From an uncultured Pseudomonadota bacterium (GTDB taxonomy: Bacteria > Pseudomonadota > Alphaproteobacteria > JACZXZ01): a stretch of 64,000 nucleotides of DNA. The notes under the pieces are model-generated. The model saw only the letters and a program-made list of their open reading frames with translations. It was not told where the DNA came from and made no database searches. Positions 18,782-29,115 of this stretch are shown here, one piece after another. Made by a program: the position numbers and the translations under genes. The stretch spans positions 320,001 through 384,000 of the forward strand of contig CAVVLJ010000004.1 of NCBI GenBank assembly GCA_963749075.1, written 5' to 3'. Position 1 is the first letter of the stretch. Every line of letters begins with the position of its first letter.

Positions 18782-21700
18782 CTACTCCGTCACCACCGCA
18801 CTCCCCATGGCCGTGCGGGCGTGGAGGGCCGGGCGGTACATGTCCTCGATTCCGGCCGCCGGCAGCGCATAGCTGCCCGGGATCGTCGCACGCACGATGA
18901 AGGCGACCCGGAAGTTGTTGTCCTCGAGCGACCAGCTCTTGCGTCCGAAGGTCACCGCGGCGACGAAGCGGTCGTCGCGCGCCTCCTTCATGCGCACCGT
19001 CGTCACCTTGAGCCAGGCGAACTCGTCGTTGTCGCCCTCCGCCGGCTTCACGATGCTCTCGATCTCCCAGCCCGCAGGGAGGAGGTTGACCACCACGGCA
19101 TCGTGTTGGAGCCTGTCCGACGCCGTGCCCGAGAGCGTGACCATGAAGCGGTCGTTCGCCTTGAGGGTGCTCGGGTCGATGGGCTCGCCCTTGAGGTCCG
19201 TGAAGCGGCGCTCGATGGTGAAGCCGCGCGCCTCCGCGGGTGCGGGGAGGAGCGGCACGCCCTCGATCGTCACCAGGCCCCAGAACGGCTTGTCGCCGGC
19301 GTTGCGGATGTCGATCCCCTTGGCGAGCTCGGCGTCGCTCGGTGCGATGGCAAGCGGTGCTGCGCCCTGGGCGGCGGGCTTGCCGTCGATCTCCGCCGAC
19401 ACGGGTGCCGCGTCCTTGATGAGATCGTGGGCGGCGATCAGCATCCAGGCGTTCTCCTGGGTGGTGGTCGAGCCCCGGCGGTACTGGAGGCGCGGCAGCT
19501 CGTCGAGGAGCGTCCTCAGGAGGCCCCCCTCGCCCGCCTCGGCGCTCGCCGCCGTGAGGGCCGCGAGATCGCGCAGGCGCGAGCCGTAATAGTCGCGCAC
19601 GACGCCGCGCTCGAGCGTCTGCCGCGCCAGCCTGAAGGCGTTCGCCGCGCGCGTGCGGTCGCCCGCCATGGCGAGTGCTGCGCCGAGCTGGCCGTAGCCG
19701 AGGGGCGAATCGATCGCGGCGAGCTCGTTGTCGTGGAAGTAGCGCAGGTCGCCGAGGTTGGAGAGGTTCATCTTGGCGAGGACGTAGAAGGCGTAGGCGC
19801 GGATGTGCGCGCGCTGCCACTTGTCGCGCCAATAGTCCGCGTCGTCCGCGTCGGCGAAGCTCACCTCGCGGTTGTGCGTGAGGTTGACGAGCCAGGTGAC
19901 GCCGCGCTCGAGCGCCGATTGCGGCACGAGATAGCCGGCCTTCTTCGCCTCGAAGAGAAAATCGAGGGCGAAGACCGAGAGCCAGGGATAGGCCGTATCG
20001 CTCGGCCCCCACAGGCCGAAGTCGCCGCCCGCGCGCTGCATGTCGAGCACGTGGCCGATCGCCTGCTGCACGCGCTGGGGCAGCGCCAAATCCTGCTTGG
20101 CGTGGCCGGCCGCCGCCACCTCGTTGAAGTAGAGGAGCGGAAAGGCCCGGCTCGTGGTCTGCTCGAGGCAGCCGTAGGGATAGCGGTCGAGGGCACCCAG
20201 GAGGGCCGGAATATTGAAGCCGCGCCAGCTCTCGACGGTGACGCCGAGATGGGCCGAGCCCGGCAGCATGTCGGCCGTGAGCGCATTGTCCAGGTGGAGC
20301 GTCTGACCGGGCTGGAGCTGCACGCTGAGATCCTGGGTGAGCGGCACCTGCGCCGGGCGCACGGCGATGTCCCAGGAATGCTCGACGGCAAAGCCGCCCG
20401 GGCCGCTCAACGCCAGCATGAAGCTGCCGACGCCGACCTCCTTGCCCTCGATGGGGAGAGCGAGGAGCTTCCTCTCGCCCGCGGCAAGCGTCACGGTCTG
20501 GTTGACCGTGGCGCTCTCGAGGCTGACGGCGCCGGTCGTCGTGAGCGAGACCTGATAATCGCCCGCGGCACCCTCGACGTTGTGGAGGAGGAGGGAGAGC
20601 CGGCTCTTGTCGCCCGGTGCCAGGAAGCGCGGCAGCGTTGCCTCGGCCACAACCGCATCGCGCACCGCGGCGTTGGCCTCGCCCGAGCCGAGCTGGCTCT
20701 TGTTGTAGGCGAGCGCCATGAAGCGCAGCTGGCCTTCGAAATCGGGCACCTCGAAGGTGACCTCGGCATGCCCGTCCTTGTCGGTCTCGACGAGGCCGGA
20801 GAAGAGGGAGACCGTCTTGGTCGGCACCACGGCGAGCGAGGCGCCGCCGAGACCGGCGTCGCCGCCCACGTGGATGGCGCCGGCGGGTGCCTCGCGGTCG
20901 TCGAGCAGGTGCCCGTAGTCGTCGCGCATGGCGACGCCGAGCTGGCGTTTGCCGTAATAATAGTTGGCCGGCGACGGCGTCTTGAAATGGGTGAGCTGCA
21001 GGATGCCCTCGTCGACGGCGGCGAGCGTGAGGTGCGCCACGGTACCGGCCGCGAGGCCGTCGACGCTGATCGGCACCGTGACGCTGGTGCGCGGCCGGAT
21101 GCGCTCGGGCACCGCGAGCTTCACCGCAAGCGTGCGGCTCGCAAGGTCGAGGGCGACCCAGCTCACGCCCACGGCGCGGATCGGCTCGTGGGACTTGCCC
21201 GCGCGCAAGGGCCGATAGGCGGTCGCCATGACGTAGGCGCCGCTGCCCCAGCTCTCCTCGACCGGGATCTCGACGGTGCCGCCCTCGGCCGGCACATGCA
21301 GCTCGCGGCTCTCGAAGATGTGGTTGCCGGCGACGGTCACCAGCACGTCCGCCTCGAAGGGCGGCTTGATGGTGAGGCGCGCGGTCTCGCCGGGGCGGTA
21401 CTTCTCGCGCTCGGCTATGACGCTCACCTTGTCCGGCGTGTCCGCGGCGTCGGGTCCTGCGTCCCACCAGCCGGAGAGGAAGAGGGCGCTCGTCACAGCA
21501 CCGCTCGCCGCGTCCTTGAGCGTCAAGCGGTAGCGGCCCCAGCCGGCGAGCGGCAGCGAGAGCTTGGCCGGCCGCCCGGCGGTGGCGTCCACGCTGCCGG
21601 TGCTGAGCGGCACGTCCTTGTAGATCGCCTCGTAGTTCCAGCCGCGGCCCGTCTCGTACCACTGCCAATGGACGTCCTGGCGGACGAGCTCCCAGCTGAG

Positions 21701-23776
21701 GCCGGGGCGCGCGAGCGCCTTGCCGTCGGCATCGAGCGCCACCAGCTCGAAGCGCGCCTCGTCGCCGATGGGGACCGCGTCCTGGAAAAGCGGGCGCAGG
21801 CCGATGAAGAGGTCCCGCGTGTGCACCGGGAGCGTGAGCACGTCCTTGGTGACGCGGCCGCCGGGCTCGTGGATGCCGACGGTGACGTCGCCCTTGAGCG
21901 GCAGGCTCGTCGCGGGGAGCTGGAGAGGGTCGCCCGTGACCGTGGTCTTGCCGCTCGCGTCCGTGTCGGCGATCTCGAGGGGGATCGGCTTGAAGTCGGG
22001 CTTCTCCTCGGCGCGGCCGAAGCTGAAGGCGCGGTAGTTGGGGAACGGCGTGGGGTCGGCGGCGAGATCGAGCTCGGCCTCGCCCGAGAGGCCGGCGGCA
22101 GGTGCGCCATAGAGGAAATTCACCTCCGCCGCGATCGCCACCGCCTCGCCGGGGACGAGGGCCGGGCTCTTGCTGGCGAGCGTCAGCTTGAGGCGCTGCG
22201 GGACGAAGTCGTCGACCATGAACTCGGCCTTGCCGATCGAGCGCGTGCCGTCGAGCAGCGCCGACGCGGTCCACAGCCCGCGCGCCGCGGTGGCGCTCAA
22301 GGCGAAGGGCGCGTGGCTGCCGCCGTCGCCCGCGTCGGCGAGGAGGACGCGCGTCTGCTCGACGCCGTCGGGGCGGCGGATGACGAGGGAGACGGGCGCC
22401 TTCTCGACCGCCGCCGCCGCCGCGTCGCGCACGAGGGTCACCAGGTTGACCGTCTCGCCGGGGCGGTAGATGCCGCGGTCGGTCGCGATATAGACGTCGA
22501 GGGCGCCCGGCGAGGGCCGGCCCGAGACGCCGCGGTCCGAGAGGTCGAAGGCGGCGGTGGTCAAGAGGATGCGGTTGAAGTCCTCGGCCTTGCTCATGTC
22601 GTCGCTCGGCCCATAGGCCATGACCATGAGCGGCTCGGTGGCGGCCTTGCCGCGCAAGAGGCCGGGTGCGAAGCGGGCATGGCCCGAGGCGTCGCTCAAG
22701 GCGGTGCCCAGCTCGTCGTTGTCGTGCGCGATGAGGACGAGCCGCGAGCCGGCCACCGGCTTCGCCGTCTCGATCGAGCGGACGAAGACGTCGAGCCCGT
22801 CCGTGCCGCGGAAGACGGTGAGGCCGAGATCGGTGTCGTAGACGAGCTGCGCCGCGATGTTCTCCTGGTAGCGCTCCTCGCTCGCCGGTGCGAACTTGTC
22901 GGCGGCGACCACCACATAGGCGCCGGGCTTCCACGGCTTCACCACGTCGCGGATGGGGAAGGCGGTGACCGTCGTCTCGTTGCGCCGGCCCTTGACCGCC
23001 ATCTTGCCGGACCATACGAGGGCGGCGGTCTCGGATTCGAGCTGGTCGATCTGATAGGAGTTGATCACCGCCTGGATGTCGAGCTTCTGGAAGAGCGCGC
23101 GGTCGCTCACCCGGTAGACGCGGAGCGCCACCTCGTCGAGGTTGACCGTGGTGACGGGGACGCCGGCATTGCCGGTGCGCGGCAGGACGAACTGGGCGGA
23201 GGACGCGAAGCGCACGATCGGCGCCTTGTCGGCGAAGGTGATCGGCAGGCTTTGCGCGGCGGCGAGCTTGGCGCCTGAGGCCGCCGGCAGTCCGGCGCGG
23301 AGCTCGATGCTGTAGGCCTTGCCGAAGGGGAGCCCGCTCAAGCAGAGCCGCGGGCCGCTCGCGAGCAGGGCCGCCTCCGCATGTCCGGGCACGCTCACGT
23401 AATCCTCGTAGTGAGCGGCCGGTCCCTCGATCAGCGCCTCGGAGAAGGTGAGGCAGGCCGCCGCCAGGTCCTTGGAGGTGTCGAGGTCGAGGCGGGTCAC
23501 CTCGAAGGGCTGCGGCGGCACCGCGGCGGGAGAGGGGGCGGGATTGGCCGCAGGCGCGGCAGGTGCGGCGGCCGTGGCCGTCTGCCCGGGCGCGGGAGCG
23601 GTTAGGGCGGTGGCCGGTGCAGCTGTCGCCGCGCTTTGCGCGCTCGACGCGGGCAGAGGCACGGGTGGCGGCGCGCAGCAGGGCTGCGGCAGGCGGAAGA
23701 GCAGCCAGCCGCCGGCCGCGGCCACGACGACGGCGAGGGCAACGGTGAGGACGAGCCAACGGGTCTTGTGCTGCAT
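18782..23776 (-). CDS. Bacterial alpha-2-macroglobulin
   Basis: TDRGIYRPGETV, LAAVDEGIL, thioester YPYGCLEQ, EDMYRP; 1664 aa; upstream of pbpC. Confidence 0.94.
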   Translation of the reverse strand: MQHKTRWLVLTVALAVVVAAAGGWLLFRLPQPCCAPPPVPLPASSAQSAATAAPATALTAPAPGQTATAAAPAAPAANPAPSPAAVPPQPFEVTRLDLDTSKDLAAACLTFSEALIEGPAAHYEDYVSVPGHAEAALLASGPRLCLSGLPFGKAYSIELRAGLPAASGAKLAAAQSLPITFADKAPIVRFASSAQFVLPRTGNAGVPVTTVNLDEVALRVYRVSDRALFQKLDIQAVINSYQIDQLESETAALVWSGKMAVKGRRNETTVTAFPIRDVVKPWKPGAYVVVAADKFAPASEERYQENIAAQLVYDTDLGLTVFRGTDGLDVFVRSIETAKPVAGSRLVLIAHDNDELGTALSDASGHARFAPGLLRGKAATEPLMVMAYGPSDDMSKAEDFNRILLTTAAFDLSDRGVSGRPSPGALDVYIATDRGIYRPGETVNLVTLVRDAAAAAVEKAPVSLVIRRPDGVEQTRVLLADAGDGGSHAPFALSATAARGLWTASALLDGTRSIGKAEFMVDDFVPQRLKLTLASKSPALVPGEAVAIAAEVNFLYGAPAAGLSGEAELDLAADPTPFPNYRAFSFGRAEEKPDFKPIPLEIADTDASGKTTVTGDPLQLPATSLPLKGDVTVGIHEPGGRVTKDVLTLPVHTRDLFIGLRPLFQDAVPIGDEARFELVALDADGKALARPGLSWELVRQDVHWQWYETGRGWNYEAIYKDVPLSTGSVDATAGRPAKLSLPLAGWGRYRLTLKDAASGAVTSALFLSGWWDAGPDAADTPDKVSVIAEREKYRPGETARLTIKPPFEADVLVTVAGNHIFESRELHVPAEGGTVEIPVEESWGSGAYVMATAYRPLRAGKSHEPIRAVGVSWVALDLASRTLAVKLAVPERIRPRTSVTVPISVDGLAAGTVAHLTLAAVDEGILQLTHFKTPSPANYYYGKRQLGVAMRDDYGHLLDDREAPAGAIHVGGDAGLGGASLAVVPTKTVSLFSGLVETDKDGHAEVTFEVPDFEGQLRFMALAYNKSQLGSGEANAAVRDAVVAEATLPRFLAPGDKSRLSLLLHNVEGAAGDYQVSLTTTGAVSLESATVNQTVTLAAGERKLLALPIEGKEVGVGSFMLALSGPGGFAVEHSWDIAVRPAQVPLTQDLSVQLQPGQTLHLDNALTADMLPGSAHLGVTVESWRGFNIPALLGALDRYPYGCLEQTTSRAFPLLYFNEVAAAGHAKQDLALPQRVQQAIGHVLDMQRAGGDFGLWGPSDTAYPWLSVFALDFLFEAKKAGYLVPQSALERGVTWLVNLTHNREVSFADADDADYWRDKWQRAHIRAYAFYVLAKMNLSNLGDLRYFHDNELAAIDSPLGYGQLGAALAMAGDRTRAANAFRLARQTLERGVVRDYYGSRLRDLAALTAASAEAGEGGLLRTLLDELPRLQYRRGSTTTQENAWMLIAAHDLIKDAAPVSAEIDGKPAAQGAAPLAIAPSDAELAKGIDIRNAGDKPFWGLVTIEGVPLLPAPAEARGFTIERRFTDLKGEPIDPSTLKANDRFMVTLSGTASDRLQHDAVVVNLLPAGWEIESIVKPAEGDNDEFAWLKVTTVRMKEARDDRFVAAVTFGRKSWSLEDNNFRVAFIVRATIPGSYALPAAGIEDMYRPALHARTAMGSAVVTE

Positions 23777-23955
23777 GACGCTCTCGCTGCGGAGCCGCGG
23801 CGCTCCGAACTGGGGGTTCAGGGATGGGATGCGGGAGAGGGCACGTGTGCCTCGGTTCCTTTAGTGGCCGCGCACGATATCAGTCAAGTTAAGCGCAGAA
23901 CTTTGTCAAATTGTAGGCCAGATTTGCACCGGAGCGGGGTTCGCTTCAATGGGGA

Positions 23956-24540
23956 TCAGCGATCGGCCAGGGCCAAGTAGCGGGCAAGCTCATCGTACCA
24001 GCGCGTTTGCTCGGCGGGCGTGAAATGAGCATTGGCGGGGCTCGGATTCGGCACCACGAAGAGAGGCGTCCGAGCGATGCGCGCCGCTTGCAGTCCCAGG
24101 CCGGGGCGGGACTTGTCGCCGGGCATGAGGGCGCGGTGGATCGGCCTGTAAGCCATGATGCCGTGGACGCAGGCGACCTTCGGCCCGTAGCGCTCGATCT
24201 TGGCGGCGAGGCTTGCTACGCCGGCGGCCAATTCCGAGGCCGCGAGGTCGCGGACCCCTTTGCTCGGGCGCTTGACCAGATCGGTAAAGCCGAAGCCGTG
24301 GGCGAGGAGGGTGCTGTCGTGCACCGGCTCCAGGTGCTGAAGCCCCATCGCCTCTCTTGCCGCGCGGCTCAGGGTCGAGCGCGAGAAGGCGGGCCAGAAG
24401 CGGTTCGCGCGCCGCGCAAAATAATGCCCCTCAGCGGCCGAGAAGAGCGACGGATTGATGCCGATGAAGACCACATCGAGCCCGTTGCAGAGCAAATCCG
24501 GAAGCGTGGGCGGCGAACCGTGGGAAGCCATTCGATGCAT
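23956..24540 (-). CDS. mug: G/U mismatch-specific DNA glycosylase (Mug/TDG family)
   Basis: VFIGINPS, HYFA...NRFW, GFTDLVKR, VPNPSPANA. Confidence 0.88.
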   Translation of the reverse strand: MHRMASHGSPPTLPDLLCNGLDVVFIGINPSLFSAAEGHYFARRANRFWPAFSRSTLSRAAREAMGLQHLEPVHDSTLLAHGFGFTDLVKRPSKGVRDLAASELAAGVASLAAKIERYGPKVACVHGIMAYRPIHRALMPGDKSRPGLGLQAARIARTPLFVVPNPSPANAHFTPAEQTRWYDELARYLALADR

Positions 24541-24600
24541 TCTCCCGCCTAAAAGGTCAGTCCCATCGAGCGGATTCCAATCGGCCAGAGCATTCTCGGT

Positions 24601-24678
24601 CGTCACCCCGGCGAAGGCCGGGGTCCAGGGGCCGCCGCGCGCCGCTTGCGCCCGGGTTCCCGCTTTCGCGGGAACGGC
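24601..24678. repeat. REP-like palindromic doublet, family B (GTCACCCCGGCGAAGGCCGGGGTCC...CCCGCTTTCGCGGG)
   Basis: Two hairpins with GAAG/TTTC loops, similar to the element at 39027-39336. Confidence 0.75.
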
Positions 24679-24739
24679 CATCGAGAACGAGCCTACCTGA
24701 TCGGGTTCCGCCCTAAGGGGTCGTGAGAGCATCCTCGCG

Positions 24740-27287
24740 TCACGCCGCGCCCGCGGCACCGCCGTCGAAATAGAGTATGTCCGTCGACCAGAAGGTGACG
24801 GCGACGGGGATCGCCGCGGGCGAGCCGTCGGCATACACCGTGGTGCGGAGCTCGATCGCGGCGCCGTTGAGATAGGGCGGCTCGAAGATGTCCGTGCCGG
24901 CGAAGGGCTCTAGGATCCTGAGCTCGCCGCTGGCGGAGATGCCGCTGCCTTTAGGGGCATGCAACCGCGCAGGAGTATGGAACGAGAGCCGGCGGCTCGC
25001 CTCGTCGTACTGCTTGACGACGAGGCGGTTGCCGCCGATCGAGACGGCAAGGCCGGGACGGAGCGCCCGTTCGCTCACGCCGCCTCGCTCGATCTCGACC
25101 GCGGCAGCACCCGGTGCCAGCTCCGCCGCGAGACTGCCAAGCCCGATAGGCGAGACGTCGAGGCGCGGCGGCAGGCTGAAGCGGAGCCGGCAATAATCGC
25201 TCTCCCCGCTGTCGAGACGCAGCGCCAGTATCTCCATGATGCCCCGCGTCGGCCGCTCGGCGGAGCCGCAGAGCTGGAGGCGGTTGCCGGTCGAGCCGCG
25301 GGCCGCGGATCCTAAGAGGAAGGTGCCGCTCGAGCGGTGGACGGCGCGCTCGGAAAGCCCCATCGGCGGCGGCTCGACGGCGTTCTCCACGACGCTCGAC
25401 GCCGCGCCTTGCGGGCGCGCTCGCCGTGATCCGCGGGGTGAGCGCCAATCCGGCGGCGCTCAGGATGCCGTTGCCCAGCTGCATGGCGCAGTCGTTCGGC
25501 GTCTCGCAATCGATGGCGATGAGGCCGCTCGGCGGCGTGCCGGCGAGCCAGAGCGGATCGCCCGCGCGCGCGATGAAGCCGCTCTCGTCGTAGCGGATGC
25601 GGTCGATCTCGACCGATTTGCTCGCCGGGTTCCCGAAGAGGAAGTTCTGGATGCGGCGAAGCACGCCCTCCGAGCCGAAGGGAATGTTGCCCTCGGGCCC
25701 GTAGGCCACCACGAGATGCACCAAGGGCTCGCCCGGCATCGGCGCCACGTAGGTCTCCGTGCCGAGGCAATCCATCAGGAGGTACGAGGGCTGGCCGAAG
25801 ACCACGAGGCTCCGATAGCTGTCGATGGTGTTGAGGTTCTTGATCGTCGCCTGGTACTGGCGCGAGGCGCTGCGCGAGGGGCAATAGACCGCATGGCCGC
25901 TGACGGCGGCCTGGCTCGGCGGCATCTTGTCCTTGCCGCGGCGGAAGGGCATGAACCACACGGAGGTACCCTGGGGATTGACGCTCGCGGTCTCAGGGCG
26001 CAGCACGCTCTCGTAGAACCAGAGGTCGAGGTTGGCGTTGAGGCGCAGGCGCTGCTCCAAGCCGCTGCGGTTGTCGAGCGAGAGCAGCACCACGAACTGC
26101 GTGTCGGTCCCCGCATAAGGATGTCCCTCGGGCAGGCAGACCGCATTGCCGCAGGCGATGCAGTTGACCTCGCGGTAGGTGCAGTCGAGGAAGCTGCCGC
26201 CCTGGATGAAGGGATAGCCGAAGCCGCAGATGTTGACGTTGTCGAACGTCACGTGATCGAAGACCAACATGTTGACCGCCGCGACGCGCGAGGGCTCGGC
26301 CACGTCTGGTCCGCTCATGAGTGCTGCGTAGCGGAAATTGGCGATGGTGACGCCCCTGATCTCGACCTTCGTCACGTCGCCTTGCGGCCGGAAGCAGGCG
26401 CCGCCCGTCGCCGCCACCGGGTCACGCGGTGCCGTGGGCGGCGGGTAGTCGATCCTGCAGCAAAGCGCGCCATAAAGTGTTGCGGGCCGGTCGGGTGCGG
26501 CGGCCGCGCGATAGGTGAAGCTGCGCTCGCCCGTCACGGCGATCGGCTGGATGCCGCAGTAGCTGTCGGGCAGTGCGAAGAACACCGCCACCCGGTCGCC
26601 GGAGCGGAAATTGTGCGGGCGTGCCGTGGTCGCGGTGATCGTGGAGCCCTCGGCGGCAAGGCTGGCCACCGCATAGGAGCCCTCGCCGTAGCGGTCCTTC
26701 ATCTCGGCGGGCGCGTTGCCCGTGATGCGCGGGAAGGCGGCGATGGCGCCCGTGAGCGTGCCGGGACCCGCGATGGCCTGGCCGTCGTGCCTCAAGACGA
26801 GGGTCGCCTCGATGAGGTAGCTGTCGTCGATATCGACGAGGTAGCGTCCGCGCGCGGCATCGAGGGCGGCCTGCACCTGCGCCGCAGCAGGAGCCCGCCC
26901 GCCGCCCCTGGCGCCGAACCATTTGGGGCTCAGGCTGAGGCCGCTCACGAGACGCAGCCAGCGCCCGGCGCCCTCGTGCCCGGTGGGCTTGAGGACGAGG
27001 CCGCCGTCGTCGGGTGCCGTGCTCGCGCCAGCGAAGCGGAACTCGCCGCCGCCGCCGTCGCCGGGCGCGTGATAGCCCGCCAGCGGGACGATGGCGCCTT
27101 GGGCGATCTCGCCGGGCGGCAGCGCACGCAGCTCCGCGATGGTGGCGGGCGAGCGCTCCGTGGCGGCAGCGGCGCGGCAGGCGGCGGCGGTCCCCGCCGC
27201 ACCCGCGGCAGAGGCGGCGAGTCCTGCCTGCAGCAGGCGGCGCCGCCTGAGCCCAGGCTTCTGCCCGCGCGCGGAATGACCCGTCAT
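24740..27287 (-). CDS. Tat-signal, tailspike/pectin-lyase-like secreted protein, with an apparent frameshift near 25400-25430
   Basis: Twin-Arg signal LRRRRLLQAG; tailspike-type motifs GYHAPGDGGGGEF, DDGG, GRWLR, PKWFGA. Coding-like sequence continues in ORF 24740-25390 in another frame. Confidence 0.6.
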
Positions 27288-27441
27288 CGCCGCTCTCCTT
27301 CCGGCAGGTTCCCCTCGCCGGAGCGAGCATAGCCGATCTTGCGGCGGGCGCAGTAGGGCGGGCACGGCAGCGCCGCCGCCTTGCGGCGGGCGACCGTGTG
27401 GAGTTCGTGGAGAGACGTGGTCCCCGCGGCGGGGGCCGGCC

Positions 27442-27651
27442 TTACATCAGGCCTTCTCGCTCGGCGCGCTTGCGCGCCAGCTTGCGGGCCCGGCGCACCG
27501 CCTCCGCCCGTTCGCGAGCCTTGCGCTCGGAGGGCTTCTCGTAGGAGCGGCGCAGCTTCATCTCGCGGAAGATCCCCTCCCGCTGCATCTTCTTCTTGAG
27601 CGCGCGCAACGCCTGATCGACGTTGTTGTCGCGCACGACCACCTGGACCAG
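27442..27651 (-). CDS. rpsU: 30S ribosomal protein S21
   Basis: [29 protein letters not shown]. Start placed at CTG 27651 from RBS spacing; GTG 27642 is the alternative. Confidence 0.95.
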   Translation of the reverse strand: MVQVVVRDNNVDQALRALKKKMQREGIFREMKLRRSYEKPSERKARERAEAVRRARKLARKRAEREGLM

Positions 27652-27843
27652 GGCTTATCCTCCTTCCCGCATGAGGTTGAGCAATTGGCGTGTCGCTGGA
27701 GCGCGTCCTTCTAGCACAGCGCCACCCCGCCCTCAAGGGCGACGTGCCAGGAAATCCGCGGCTTTCGCGGCAGCCATCTTCGCCGCACGCGGCTTTGCCG
27801 CGCACGTCTTTACCAAGGCCGGCAGCCGACGCATAGTAAGAGC

Positions 27844-28392
27844 ATGGCCATTCTCAAGATCGCGCGCATGGGCCACGCCGTCCTGCGCGAGCCGGCCCAG
27901 CCGGTCGCCGACCCGGGCGCACCCGAGATCCTGCGTCTCGTGCGCGACATGGTCGAGACCATGGCGGACGCCCCGGGCACCGGGCTCGCCGCCCCCCAGG
28001 TCCACGTCCCCTTGCGCCTCGTCGTCTACAAGGTGGCGGTGGAGCGGCTCTCGGGCGAGGCGGAGGACGAGGTGCAGCCGCTCACCGTCCTCGTCAACCC
28101 GGTGATCGAGCCGCTCGGCGAGGAGAAGGCGCTCGGCTGGGAGGGCTGCCTCTCGCTCCCCGGCCTCATGGGGGCGGTGCCGCGCTTCACGCGCATCCGC
28201 TATCGCGCCCTCGGCCTCGACGGCCAGGCGATCGAGCGCACCGCCTCGGGCTTCCACGCCCGCGTGGTGCAGCACGAGTGCGACCACCTGGACGGCATCC
28301 TCTACCCCATGCGCATCGAAGACTTCACGCGCTTCGGCTTCGTCGAGGAGATGCGGCGCTTCGCCCCGCCGCTCGCCGAGGAGGCGATATGA
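27844..28392 (+). CDS. def: Peptide deformylase
   Basis: GTGLAAPQ, EGCLS, QHECDHLDG. Confidence 0.96.
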   Translation: MAILKIARMGHAVLREPAQPVADPGAPEILRLVRDMVETMADAPGTGLAAPQVHVPLRLVVYKVAVERLSGEAEDEVQPLTVLVNPVIEPLGEEKALGWEGCLSLPGLMGAVPRFTRIRYRALGLDGQAIERTASGFHARVVQHECDHLDGILYPMRIEDFTRFGFVEEMRRFAPPLAEEAI

Positions 28393-29054
28393 CGGAGAGA
28401 GACGGTTTCGAGACCATGCGCCAGCACATCCTCGAGAGGGCACTCGTCCACGTGCCCTTCGACGGCTGGAGCGAGAGCGTGCTCATGGCCGGCGCCGAGG
28501 ACGCCGGCTACGGGCGGGCGATGGCGCTCGACGTTTTTCCCGGCGGGGTCCCGGACGCCATCGACTATGCGGCGGCGAGCGCCGACCGCGCCATGCTGGC
28601 AGCACTCGCGGCGATGGAGGGCTTCGCGGCCAAGCGCGGGCGCGACCGCGTCGCGGCGGCGATCCGCCGGCGCCTCGAGCTCAGCGCCCCCCACCGCGAG
28701 GCGATCCGGCGCGCGATGAGCGTGCTGGCGCTGCCGCAAAACGCGCCGCTCGCCTTGCGGCTCCTGTGGCGCACGGTCGATGCCGTCTGGTACGCGGCGG
28801 GCGACACGGCGACGGACTTCAACTTCTACACCAAGCGCGGCCTCCTCGCCGGCGTCTATTCGGCGACCGTGGTCTATTGGCTCAACGACCGCTCGCCCGG
28901 CTCGGCCGACAGCTGGCGCTTCCTCGAGCGCCGCCTCGACGAGGCGCTGAGCGTGCCGAGGCTCGCCGCACGCCTGCGCGAGAGGCTGGCCAGCCTGCCC
29001 TCGCCGTGGCGCGCGCTGAGGCCGCAAGGGCAGCACCGGCATCGCCCACGATAG
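28389..29054 (+). CDS. COQ9 family protein (rpsU-divergently transcribed)
   Basis: HVPFDGWS, DAVWYAAGDTATDFNFYTKR; ATGA overlap with def; divergent from rpsU. Confidence 0.9.
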   Translation: MTERDGFETMRQHILERALVHVPFDGWSESVLMAGAEDAGYGRAMALDVFPGGVPDAIDYAAASADRAMLAALAAMEGFAAKRGRDRVAAAIRRRLELSAPHREAIRRAMSVLALPQNAPLALRLLWRTVDAVWYAAGDTATDFNFYTKRGLLAGVYSATVVYWLNDRSPGSADSWRFLERRLDEALSVPRLAARLRERLASLPSPWRALRPQGQHRHRPR

Positions 29055-29115
29055 GGCGCGGCGAGAGACCTCCCTCCGCTTTCCCACGCCGCATTCCACT
29101 CCCGCACTGCGCATC

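Noticed and set aside
24740-27287. Prophage or gene transfer agent remnant
   Set aside because: No terminase, portal, tail or integrase genes are adjacent; the HK97-fold gene at 15.2 kb is an encapsulin with its cargo.
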